A DNA stretch of 24,000 bases, from NCBI GenBank assembly GCA_000380225.1, contig KB904821.1:5373661-5397660 (forward strand). Direction: 5' to 3'. Below, piece after piece: positions 16,500 to 24,000 of the stretch (position 1 is its first letter; the number at the start of each line of letters is the position of its first letter). Below the pieces are notes generated by a model that was not told the DNA's origin, made no database searches, and saw nothing but the letters and a program-made list of their open reading frames with translations. Source of the DNA: a filamentous cyanobacterium ESFC-1. GTDB lineage: Bacteria > Cyanobacteriota > Cyanobacteriia > Cyanobacteriales > Spirulinaceae. A program made the translations under genes and the position numbers.

Positions 16500-16545
16500 A
16501 GTAGGGGGACAACACATAAGAGCGATCGCGACCGTAAATAATTTT
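16300..16545 (+). ncRNA. Putative omega RNA (reRNA) scaffold overlapping the tnpB 3' end
   Basis: The GC-rich 3' end of tnpB and the sequence beyond it hold a dense run of hairpins: ctcgtc/gacgag (16347-16367), gtccgcc/ggcggac (16375-16395), gcccc/ggggc and tccccg/cgggga. Position and structure match the known TnpB omega-RNA layout. Boundaries are not determined. Confidence 0.35.
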
Positions 16546-16562
16546 TTTAAAGCGAGAGTATT

Positions 16563-19097
16563 ATGACTGTAGAAACACGAATAATCTGGTTGCAAGAGCG
16601 AACCCCGTTGACTGTGCTACCTGACAAGGCACTCAACGCGATCGCACCGCTTTTGCAGAAACGAGACATTACAGCGCATTGTACCGTGATGCGCGAACAG
16701 CAAACCCCGGACGGTTTATATATTCTCGTCGCTGGTCGCGCTGAAAGCAATCGACCCTTAGATAATTCTCAAATTTTACAAGCGGTGAGTTTGTTACCGG
16801 GGTCGGTGATTAACCTGCAAGCATTACTCCTCGACCAACCCACCCAACAAACCCTGACCACCAAAATTGATTGTCAGTTTTGGTTTCTCCCCAAAGCCGA
16901 CTTTCAAGCCTGGGTGAGTGAATATCCCAGCATTACCCAAATTATCGCCCAACAACTGGCCCGAGAAGTCAGCCAACTGGCCACCCAACTTAGCTTTGAA
17001 CAAGAACGTCAGGCGATGTTGCGGCCTTATTTAGTGACGAAAGCCCGACGGGGCATTATTGGCAAAAGTCGCTATGCCGTCCGTTTACGCAAACAAATCA
17101 AACAAGCTTCTGATAGTCGGAAATCGGTGCTGATTTTCGGGGAACCGGGTTTAGAAAAAGACAATATTGCCGCGCTAGTTCATTATGGCTCCTCTTGCCG
17201 CCGCGAAACGATTATTCGCGTTAATTGTAATACCCTGCAAGCAAGCGGGGCAGATTTGTTTGGTCGGGTAGGGGGTAAACCGGGCTTAATTTCAGCGTTG
17301 GGTCGCGGCACCTTGGTTTTAAATAATATTCAAGAGTTAGCCCCCAAATTAATTCAACCCATTGCCCATTTACTCGAAACCGGGCGATATTTCCCCATCA
17401 GTCGTGGCGAAACGCGATCGCAAGCGGCTTTAATTTCAGAAGCTCGTATTATTATGATTTCTGAAAAATCCAATCCCGACCTCGATCGCTTGGTAGGTCA
17501 TAAAATCAAAGTACCACCGTTGCGGGTACGAAAAGCGGATTTAGCCGATTGGGTGAATTATTACATTAGTATTACTTGCCGCGCCAGGGGGATTCCGCAA
17601 CCGAAACTCACCCCAGAAGCCCTGCGACAGTTACAGGCTTATGACTTTCCCAACAATTTGCGGGAGTTAGACAACACGGTGGGGCGAGCGATTACGCAAC
17701 TCTCCGGGACAGAGGAACTCACAGAAGAAATTATTTGGCCGGCTCAGAGCAAAAAACAACAATTTCGCTTTAATTTGCTCGATTCTTACCCAAAATTGCG
17801 TTATTTCCTCCGCAGTCCTTGGTGGCCCGACCGCATTAACTATGGTTTTACCACCGTGGCATTTGCCTTGGTGGTGGCGATTTTATTTCTGGGGCCGCAA
17901 ACCCGCGATCGCAACTTTGCCTTAAACTTATTCTGGGCGTGGTGGTGGCCCCTCATTCTCCTGGGTTTCCCCTTTGTAGGGCGATTGTGGTGTGCCGTTT
18001 GTCCGTTTATGATTTACGGTGAAATTACCCAAAAAATACGCCAACATTTCCTGCCGCAACCCCTCAAAAGCTGGCCCCGTCACGTTGCTGAACAATGGGG
18101 TGGCTGGTTTCTCTTTGGCTTGTTTGCCCTAATTCTGTTGTGGGAAGAAGTCTGGGATTTAGAAAACACCGCCTATTTATCCGCTTGTTTGTTGCTGCTG
18201 ATTACGGCGGGTGCGATGATTTTTAGTGCCATTTTTGAGCGTCGTTTCTGGTGTCGTTACCTCTGTCCCATTGGGGGGATGAATGGGATGTTTGCCAAGC
18301 TTTCGATGACCGAGTTACGAGCGGAACAAGGGACTTGTTCGGCAGAATGCACCACTTATCAATGTTACAAAGGCGGCCCGGAAAAAGGCGAAGGTCAAGC
18401 CACCGATGGTTGTCCGTTGTACTCTCATCCCGCGCAAATGCAGGATAATCGCGATTGTGTGTTGTGCATGACTTGTCTGAAAGCCTGTCCCCATCGGTCG
18501 GTAGAATTTAATGTGCGTATCCCCGGCATTGAATTATGGACGACTCATATTCCCCGGAGTTACGAGGTGGCTTTGTTGCTACTGTTACTCGATGCGGTGT
18601 TTCTGCACAAACTCCCCCAGATTAACCAGGCTTTGGGGTTGAATTGGGATTTGAGTCAGTTTGGCCCCCATTTGGGCTTGTCGGTGTTGGTGTTGGGTCT
18701 TCCGGCGGCGATTCCCTTCCTTATGTATGGCATTGTTCAACTGATTTACAAGGTTTTGCGGCAAATCAAGCCGCCGCCTTTCATGGAGTTGGCTTATGGT
18801 TATCTTCCCTTTGTTTTAGCCGCTAATTTGACTTATTATCTCCCTTTGGGTTTAGGAGAAGCCGGACGCATTCTGCCGGTGAGTTTTGCCACGTTTGGCT
18901 TACAGGGTGAGGGTTTGCCGATTTTAGTAGCGCATCCGGCAACCATCAACTTTTTACAGGGAAGTAGTTTGTTCTTGGGCATGGTTTTGGCCTTTGTCCT
19001 CACCCAGAATATTGCCCGTCAACCGTGGCGATCGCTCCTACCGCAGCATTTGGGTATTGTGGTTTTAGGGGTGCTGTTTTGGCAGCTTATGGTTTAG
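16563..19097 (+). CDS. Fusion protein: cNMP-binding-like domain + degenerate sigma-54-type AAA+ domain + NapH/polyferredoxin-like membrane 4Fe-4S domain
   Basis: 844-aa ORF. Residues ~20-135 look like a CAP effector domain. Residues ~165-395 align with the sigma-54 interaction domain (IIGKS..VLIFGEPGLEKDNIA..VNCNTL..DLFG..GTLVLNNIQEL..VPPLRVRKADL..FPNNLREL). The C-terminal half has multiple TM helices with CAVCPF, CRYLCPIGG and CVLCMTCLKACPHRS. Confidence 0.85.
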   Translation: MTVETRIIWLQERTPLTVLPDKALNAIAPLLQKRDITAHCTVMREQQTPDGLYILVAGRAESNRPLDNSQILQAVSLLPGSVINLQALLLDQPTQQTLTTKIDCQFWFLPKADFQAWVSEYPSITQIIAQQLAREVSQLATQLSFEQERQAMLRPYLVTKARRGIIGKSRYAVRLRKQIKQASDSRKSVLIFGEPGLEKDNIAALVHYGSSCRRETIIRVNCNTLQASGADLFGRVGGKPGLISALGRGTLVLNNIQELAPKLIQPIAHLLETGRYFPISRGETRSQAALISEARIIMISEKSNPDLDRLVGHKIKVPPLRVRKADLADWVNYYISITCRARGIPQPKLTPEALRQLQAYDFPNNLRELDNTVGRAITQLSGTEELTEEIIWPAQSKKQQFRFNLLDSYPKLRYFLRSPWWPDRINYGFTTVAFALVVAILFLGPQTRDRNFALNLFWAWWWPLILLGFPFVGRLWCAVCPFMIYGEITQKIRQHFLPQPLKSWPRHVAEQWGGWFLFGLFALILLWEEVWDLENTAYLSACLLLLITAGAMIFSAIFERRFWCRYLCPIGGMNGMFAKLSMTELRAEQGTCSAECTTYQCYKGGPEKGEGQATDGCPLYSHPAQMQDNRDCVLCMTCLKACPHRSVEFNVRIPGIELWTTHIPRSYEVALLLLLLDAVFLHKLPQINQALGLNWDLSQFGPHLGLSVLVLGLPAAIPFLMYGIVQLIYKVLRQIKPPPFMELAYGYLPFVLAANLTYYLPLGLGEAGRILPVSFATFGLQGEGLPILVAHPATINFLQGSSLFLGMVLAFVLTQNIARQPWRSLLPQHLGIVVLGVLFWQLMV

Positions 19098-19113
19098 TTG
19101 TGGGGGGGGTTTT

Positions 19114-19168
19114 CAGTAATCAGCTTCTAAGGGGCAATCGGCAATCGGCTCCTCGGCAGTCGGGGGGG
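19114..19168. repeat. Degenerate heptamer (STRR-like) tandem repeats
   Basis: cagtaat cagcttc taagggg caatcgg caatcgg ctcctcg gcagtcg. This module recurs at 19295-19355. Confidence 0.6.
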
Positions 19169-19294
19169 AGGTGGGATTTTGCCCCAGAAAGGGGGTCAGA
19201 AACTTCTTGCTGTAGGGCAGACTCTAGAAAAGGCTCAACACTAGACTATACTAAGGTTTCAGCGTCAAAAAGTAAAATTAACGTTTCAAAGAGA

Positions 19295-19394
19295 GTAATC
19301 AGTAATCAGTGATTAAGGGGCAGTAGGCAATCGGCAGTAGGCAGTGGTGTAGGGGCGCTCTTTTCCCCGCCCAATAACCAATAACCAATAACCA
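19295..19394. repeat. Heptamer (STRR-like) tandem repeats
   Basis: gtaatca gtaatca gtgatta aggggca gtaggca atcggca gtaggca, then ccaataa x3 (19371-19394) running up to the MITE-like element. Confidence 0.65.
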
Positions 19395-19399
19395 TGTTT

Positions 19400-19595
19400 T
19401 GACAAGTTAAGCCCAAAATCGGGATGTCAAGAAAACCTCAAACCGTCGTATCGGGGAACAGGTCTCCTCGCCCAATCTCAACTTTAGGGTTAGGACGAGA
19501 GGATGTTACCATCGTGTCGCTAAAACGTAAACTTGGGCGGGGAAACCCCGCCCCTACAAGGAATTTGACGATAGGCACAAAACCTTAACTTGTCA
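19400..19595 (+). mobile_element. MITE-like non-coding element, copy 2 (perfect 12-bp TIRs)
   Basis: Left end tgacaagttaag and right end cttaacttgtca are a perfect inverted repeat. The interior is homologous to 3394..3571. It is embedded in a ccaataa/ccaacaa heptamer array present on both flanks. Confidence 0.6.
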
Positions 19596-19665
19596 CCAAC
19601 AACCAATAACCAACAACCAATAACCAATAACCAATGACCAAGGACAAATGACAAATGACAAACAA
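19596..19665. repeat. Heptamer (STRR-like) tandem repeats
   Basis: ccaacaa ccaataa ccaacaa ccaataa ccaataa ccaatga ccaagga caaatga caaatga caaacaa. The array ends at the gloB stop codon. Confidence 0.7.
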
Positions 19666-20439
19666 CTAAAACATATCTTTTTTGCCCCGTAAACGTCCGA
19701 AAGTTTGCACCGGGTCTTTGCTGCCCATCGCGGCTTGAATGGTGGGGGATTCCCAACGCAGGAAGGGATTGGTTTGTTTTTCGGTGGCTAAAAGGGAAGG
19801 GACGGTGGCTTCGTCGTTTTGGCGGGATTTCTGGACTTGCTGGTAGCGCTGTTGTAAATCTGGGTTTTCGGGGTCTACCGTGAGGGCAAATTTGAGGTTT
19901 TTGAGGGTGTATTCGTGGGCGCACCAAACCTGGGTATTGTCGGGGAGGGTGCGGAGTTTGGTTAAAGATGTAACCATTTGGGCGGGTGTGCCTTCAAAGA
20001 GGCGACCACAACCCCCGGCAAAGAGGGTATCGCCGCAAAAAAGCTCTCCGGGTTGTCCGGGTTGGTTGGGGGGGAAGTAGTAGGCGATGTGGGCGCGGGT
20101 GTGACCGGGGACGAAGAAAACATCGGCAATTCTCCCGGCAAATTGGACGCGATCGCCCTCTCTGAGATATTGTTGTTGTCCGGGGATTCTGCCTTTATCT
20201 TCGCTACCCCCGTAAACGACGGCTTCGGGGAAGTGCTTTAAAAGTTCGCGATTGCCGCCTACATGGTCGCTGTGGTGGTGGGTGTTGAAGATGGCGACTA
20301 ATTTGACGTTGAGGCGGTCGAGGGCGGCTAAAACGGGCTTGGCGGTGGCAGGATCGACTACGGCGGCGGTTTGACTGTCGCGATCGCACAGCAGAAAAAT
20401 ATAATTATCAGATAAGGCGGGAAGCCGCAAAATTTCCAT
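19666..20439 (-). CDS. gloB: Hydroxyacylglutathione hydrolase (glyoxalase II)
   Basis: 257-aa ORF beginning [17 protein letters not shown]. It has the metallo-beta-lactamase motif [35 protein letters not shown], and the C-terminal NPFLR typical of GloB. Confidence 0.95.
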   Translation of the reverse strand: MEILRLPALSDNYIFLLCDRDSQTAAVVDPATAKPVLAALDRLNVKLVAIFNTHHHSDHVGGNRELLKHFPEAVVYGGSEDKGRIPGQQQYLREGDRVQFAGRIADVFFVPGHTRAHIAYYFPPNQPGQPGELFCGDTLFAGGCGRLFEGTPAQMVTSLTKLRTLPDNTQVWCAHEYTLKNLKFALTVDPENPDLQQRYQQVQKSRQNDEATVPSLLATEKQTNPFLRWESPTIQAAMGSKDPVQTFGRLRGKKDMF

Positions 20440-20495
20440 GTTGAGATATTTCTCCGAGGGAATAAATGACTGTTTCGATCTTAAAGGAAGGTTTT

Positions 20496-20729
20496 ATGAG
20501 CGATCGCGCCACCCCTGTATCTCCCGATGATTTGAGGCAACGAGTTGAACGTATTTTAGCGGCGGGTCAAGTAAGTCGTCAGGAGTATTTTCAGTTAATG
20601 AGTTTGTTTTTATCGGATTTTGCGGTCACTCGCGAGGATCGTTATCAGTTGAATCGGGTTTTTGATGAATTGCAAATGAATCGTCTACAATTCACGGCTT
20701 TAGAAGCAGATAAGGCTGAGGCGGATTAA
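20496..20729 (+). CDS. Hypothetical small protein (77 aa from ATG 20496; the ORF track starts at 20466)
   Basis: An SD-like aaggaagg lies just upstream of ATG 20496. The product is predicted helical and acidic (MSDRATPVSPDDLRQRVERILAAGQVSRQEYFQL...). The gene is divergent from gloB. No recognised domain. Confidence 0.5.
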   Translation: MSDRATPVSPDDLRQRVERILAAGQVSRQEYFQLMSLFLSDFAVTREDRYQLNRVFDELQMNRLQFTALEADKAEAD

Positions 20730-20864
20730 TCGCTCACTTTTTTTGCTTTTGAGAGAAAATTGAAGGTTTAAATAACGTCATTTCTGCGAGTTTTTAAGAT
20801 TTGAGAAATGGTAAGTTTTTCAACAAATTTCCTCAATCAAGGGGGTTTTCTCGTAGCATAAAAG

Positions 20865-22133
20865 ATGGAAGATGGTTGTCTTCTTTTGTCTATCCACGCC
20901 ACCCCGTTAAGAGTAATGTCTAATCCTGCGAGTCCGTCTCATCCCTTGCTTGTTGTGCCGACGGGGGCTTTGCAAATCCCGCCGTTAGCAGCCCGCAATT
21001 CAGCAACGACTACGCCAGAAATTAAGCTTTCTTTAATTATTCCAACTTATAAAGAAAGCCAAAATATTCCCACGATTGTTAGTAAGTTAAGTCATTTACT
21101 AAACCAAACGATTCGCGATCGCTACGAGTTAATTATTGTAGATGATAATAGCCCCGATCTGACTTGGGAAGTGGCGCAATCTCTCATGCCCGAATATCCC
21201 CAATTGCGGGTAATGCGTCGGGAAAAAGAAAGGGGTTTATCAACAGCCGTAATTCGTGGTTGGCAAGCCGCGAGAGGGGAGGTTTTGGGGGTGATTGATG
21301 CGGATTTACAACACCCTCCAGAAACCCTATTACAATTATACGCGGAAATGGAACGGGGGGCAGATTTAGCCGTCGCGAGTCGCCATGTAGAAGAAGGTGG
21401 AGTCAGCGATTGGAGCATTATCCGGCGCTTTTTATCCAGGGGGGCGCAGGTGTTGGGTTTAATCATTTTACCGGGGGTTGTGGGGCGCGTTTCTGACCCG
21501 ATGAGTGGCTATTTTATGGTGCGTCGAGATGCCATTATGGGAAAGGTGATGGACCCGGTGGGTTATAAGATTTTAATTGAAGTTTTAGGACGGGGAAATA
21601 TTCGCTGGATTGGGGAAGCGGGTTATGTTTTTCAAGAGCGTCAAGAAGGGGAAAGTAAGGTAACAGGAAAGCAATATATAGAGTATATTCAGCATTTACT
21701 AAAGCTCAGAATATCTCGCTGGCCGTTGATGCGGTTTATTCGTTTCGGCGTGGTGGGCTTTAGCGGTGTTTTTGTGGATATGGGCATATTTTATGTATTA
21801 CGAGAAATTGCCGGATTAGCCTTGACCCGCAGTGCCATTTTATCGGCGGAAGTGGCAATTGTTAATAACTTCTTATGGAATGATTTATGGACGTTTGGGG
21901 ATATTTCTCGGACGCAAAAGGGCTGGAAAAAGCGGATTAAACGGTTTTTAAAGTTTAATTTAGTTTGTTTGGCGGGGTTAATTATTAATGTTTTGATTGT
22001 TAATATATTATTTAATTTATTGGGGATGAATGAATATGTAGCCAAGTTAATCGCGATCGCGGCGGTGACACTTTGGAATTTTTGGATTAACCTGAAGTTA
22101 AATTGGCGTGTAACCGAAGTGGATGAGCGATAA
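20865..22133 (+). CDS. Polyprenyl-phosphate glycosyltransferase (GT2, DPM1/GtrB-like) fused to a GtrA-like membrane domain
   Basis: The GT2 half has LSLIIPTYKESQNI, IIVDDNSPD and VIDADLQHPPE. The C-terminal ~130 aa has four TM helices with GtrA-family features (FIRFGVVGFSGVFVDMGIFYVL ... VNNFLWNDLWTF ... WNFWINLKLNW). The start may instead be Met18 at 20916. Confidence 0.85.
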   Translation: MEDGCLLLSIHATPLRVMSNPASPSHPLLVVPTGALQIPPLAARNSATTTPEIKLSLIIPTYKESQNIPTIVSKLSHLLNQTIRDRYELIIVDDNSPDLTWEVAQSLMPEYPQLRVMRREKERGLSTAVIRGWQAARGEVLGVIDADLQHPPETLLQLYAEMERGADLAVASRHVEEGGVSDWSIIRRFLSRGAQVLGLIILPGVVGRVSDPMSGYFMVRRDAIMGKVMDPVGYKILIEVLGRGNIRWIGEAGYVFQERQEGESKVTGKQYIEYIQHLLKLRISRWPLMRFIRFGVVGFSGVFVDMGIFYVLREIAGLALTRSAILSAEVAIVNNFLWNDLWTFGDISRTQKGWKKRIKRFLKFNLVCLAGLIINVLIVNILFNLLGMNEYVAKLIAIAAVTLWNFWINLKLNWRVTEVDER

Positions 22134-23694
22134 AAGACGGTATCAGCCTGCGATTATTTTATCTTTGCTGTTTGCCATTGTTTTAGGCGTATTGCTGCGG
22201 TTTACCACCTTATCAGGGTTGGTATATTGGTATGATGAAGTTTACACGACATTGCGATCGCAAGGGCTGACAGAAACGGAGTTTGTGCGGGATATCGGGC
22301 AAAACCCGACGGTAACAGTCCAGCAGCTTCAGCAATATCAGCATTTTGACCGCAATCGCAATGGTTGGGATGTGATCCATTCTTTGGCCACAGAAGACCC
22401 GCAACACCCGCCGTTATATTATCTTTTGACTCATTTTTGGTTGCGGTGGTTTGGCTCAGAAATTGCTGTATCTCGCAGTTTGGCGGCGATTTTCTCGGTT
22501 TTGGCAATTCCAGCGATGTATTGGGTGGCGTTTGAGTTGTTTACTTCCTCATGGGTGGGATTGTGGGCTGCGGCGATTTTGGCGATTTCTCCGTTTCACA
22601 TCCTTTATGCCCAGGAAGCCCGTCAGTATAGTTTATGGACGGTGACAATTTTACTCTCAAGTGGGGCGTTATTGCGAGCGTTACGTCAACCGAAGCTTAA
22701 AAATTGGGGTTTATACGCAGTTACCGTGGCTTTGGGGCTTTATACTTTTTTGTTTTCGGGGTTGGTTTGCGTCAGTCACGGGTTGTATGTGTTGGTCACG
22801 CAAAAACGGAAGACGTGGGGGGCTTATCTGGCTGCTTCTACTCTGGGAGTGTTACTGTTTTCTCCGTGGTTGTGGGTGATTGCGACCAGTTTAGCCCAAG
22901 TCAATCAAGGGACAGCTTCTCAAGCGAGTGCAAAGTTAGGCTTGGGGGTATTGTCGCAAAAATGGGCAATTAATGTAACGCGGCTTTTTGTGGATATCCA
23001 GTTGGGTTATGGCCCGGATATTATCTTAAATCGCAAGGAAATTTTAACTTATGCGATCGCGCCTTTGTTAATTTTAGTCGGGTTGGCGTTTTATTTTTTG
23101 ATTCGCCATACTTCGCGCTCAGTTTGGCTTTTTGTGGTGTTTTTGGTGTTAGTTACGAGTTTGAAGCTGATTTTACCCGATTTAATCCTTGGGGGTCGTC
23201 GCTCGACGGTTAGCCGCTATCTTACGCCTTGTTACTTAGGGATTGAGTTAGCGGTGGCGTTTCTATTCAGTCGCCAACAAAGGGGAATTTGGGCGATCGC
23301 GATCGCGTTAGTCTTAGGAGGAGGGATGATGTCTAATCTGGTTAATCTCAATGCAGACACGTTATGGCATAAAGAAAGCGGTTACTACAATCCTAAAGTC
23401 GCAACTGTGATTAACCAAGCCCAAAATCCTTATATCATCAGCGACACAGAAATGGGCAATATTCTCTCGCTGAGTTATCTTCTCAAGCCAGGGGTGGAAT
23501 TCTATTATCAGCCCCATCGCTGTCATACTTGTCCGATGAATTTGACCCTAACCCCAGATTTTCCCGTAACTTTCCCCCCCGGACAATCTGTATTTGTCTT
23601 TCGGCCTTCTAGACAACTGCGAGAAACATTAGAAACCCAAGGTTACAGTCTCAATCGTGCATCCACTCCTGCTTTATATCGCTTATTGCCTTAA
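22123..23694 (+). CDS. GT-C fold membrane glycosyltransferase (GT39/PMT_2/ArnT-like)
   Basis: 523-aa polytopic ORF with YWYDEVYT (the acidic DE motif after TM1), HPPLYY and SPFHILYAQEARQY. Its start overlaps the upstream stop by 11 nt, which suggests translational coupling. Confidence 0.8.
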   Translation: MSDKRRYQPAIILSLLFAIVLGVLLRFTTLSGLVYWYDEVYTTLRSQGLTETEFVRDIGQNPTVTVQQLQQYQHFDRNRNGWDVIHSLATEDPQHPPLYYLLTHFWLRWFGSEIAVSRSLAAIFSVLAIPAMYWVAFELFTSSWVGLWAAAILAISPFHILYAQEARQYSLWTVTILLSSGALLRALRQPKLKNWGLYAVTVALGLYTFLFSGLVCVSHGLYVLVTQKRKTWGAYLAASTLGVLLFSPWLWVIATSLAQVNQGTASQASAKLGLGVLSQKWAINVTRLFVDIQLGYGPDIILNRKEILTYAIAPLLILVGLAFYFLIRHTSRSVWLFVVFLVLVTSLKLILPDLILGGRRSTVSRYLTPCYLGIELAVAFLFSRQQRGIWAIAIALVLGGGMMSNLVNLNADTLWHKESGYYNPKVATVINQAQNPYIISDTEMGNILSLSYLLKPGVEFYYQPHRCHTCPMNLTLTPDFPVTFPPGQSVFVFRPSRQLRETLETQGYSLNRASTPALYRLLP

Positions 23695-23702
23695 TTATTG
23701 CA

Positions 23703-24000
23703 ATGAATCTTTCTTCTAGCCATTTTAAGCCAGCATCCCCTCGCATTTTAACCCTTGTCAGGGCGATCGCGATTATTGTCATTTTATGCGGTATTTTCTT
23801 TCGTTTTTACGACCTCGACCGCCGCATTTATTGGCAAGATGAAGCCATTACCGCCCTACGAATTGCCGGATACACTGAAACTGAGTTTATCGCAGAAGTG
23901 GGCGATCGCGCCGTTACCGTTGCAGAGTTACAGCAGCAATATCAATCCCCCAACCCCGACCATAATTTAGGAGACACCCTCTATTCTCTCGCGTCAGAAG
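23703..24000 (+). CDS. Second GT-C (GT39-like) glycosyltransferase, 5' fragment truncated by the window end
   Basis: Manual translation in an open frame to the window end: MNLSSSHFKPASPRILTLVRAIAIIVILCGIFFRFYDLDRRIYWQDEAITALRIAGYTETEFIAEV... It is collinear with the N-terminus of 22123..23694 (YWYDEVYTTLRSQGLTETEFVRDI). It is not in the ORF track because it has no stop. Confidence 0.7.
   Translation, partial: MNLSSSHFKPASPRILTLVRAIAIIVILCGIFFRFYDLDRRIYWQDEAITALRIAGYTETEFIAEVGDRAVTVAELQQQYQSPNPDHNLGDTLYSLASE

Larger units (their letters stand above)
15125..16545 (+). mobile_element. IS200/IS605-family element carrying tnpB only (no tnpA); ends approximate
   Basis: The upstream hairpin ccgtcc-ttaaa-ggacgg (15129-15145) could be a left-end structure. 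It is followed by tnpB and a GC-rich structured 3' region. No HIP1 site occurs inside the tnpB ORF; the next is at 16522-16529. No Y1 transposase is in the window. Confidence 0.55.

Noticed and set aside
16317-16750. Minus-strand ORFs 16317..16595 and 16547..16750
   Set aside because: They are antisense to the tnpB 3'/omega-RNA region and to the start of the 844-aa gene, and they show no motifs. They are probably shadow ORFs.
19114-19665. Possible CRISPR array
   Set aside because: The repeat units are 7 nt in direct tandem without spacers, and no cas genes are present. This is STRR-type microsatellite structure, not CRISPR.
19025-19927. ORFs 19025..19312 (+) and 19520..19927 (-)
   Set aside because: Both read through heptamer arrays and the MITE-like element. 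The second also overlaps gloB out of frame. Neither has a plausible protein composition.
21122-22973. Antisense and alternative-frame ORFs within the glycosyltransferase genes (21122..21466, 21791..22045, 22202..22507, 22451..22645, 22661..22973)
   Set aside because: They overlap strongly supported GT2/GtrA and GT-C reading frames, and their products are Arg/Cys/Trp-rich, which is typical of off-frame translation.

Overview
This is cyanobacterial chromosomal DNA. The HIP1 octamer GCGATCGC recurs throughout, and STRR-like heptamer arrays and GC-rich hairpin repeats fill the intergenic gaps, so the source is probably a filamentous, Oscillatoriales-like strain. I support about 20 protein-coding genes. 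Left to right they are: adhE (fermentative aldehyde/alcohol dehydrogenase), a YjbQ/UPF0047 protein, a small Zn-ribbon ORF absent from the ORF track, a rhodanese-domain protein lacking the catalytic Cys, a ~650-aa aconitase-family protein, a small hydrophilic repeat protein, a PAP2 phosphatase and a universal stress protein. Next comes a minus-strand three-gene MotA/ExbB-type stator operon: a 4-TM channel subunit with a long coiled-coil tail plus two ExbD-like paralogs. It is followed by a divergent pair (orphan 417-aa protein and a SAM methyltransferase) and a solo IS200/IS605-family tnpB with a structured 3' omega-RNA-like region. After that is an 844-aa fusion of a cNMP-binding-like domain, a degenerate sigma-54-type AAA+ domain and a NapH-like membrane Fe-S domain, then gloB, a small conserved-looking ORF, and a GtrB-GtrA-fusion glycosyltransferase followed by two tandem GT-C (GT39-like) paralogs, the last truncated by the window edge. 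No rRNA, tRNA or CRISPR array is visible. The best candidate for an undescribed system is the tailed MotA-like/two-ExbD-like operon at 10106-12690, possibly together with its divergent neighbours. Also notable are the sigma-54-like pseudo-ATPase/polyferredoxin fusion, a ~125-bp inverted repeat pair bracketing 4.9 kb, and a MITE-like element with 12-bp terminal inverted repeats present twice. All functional calls come from motif recognition by eye; no database search was run.
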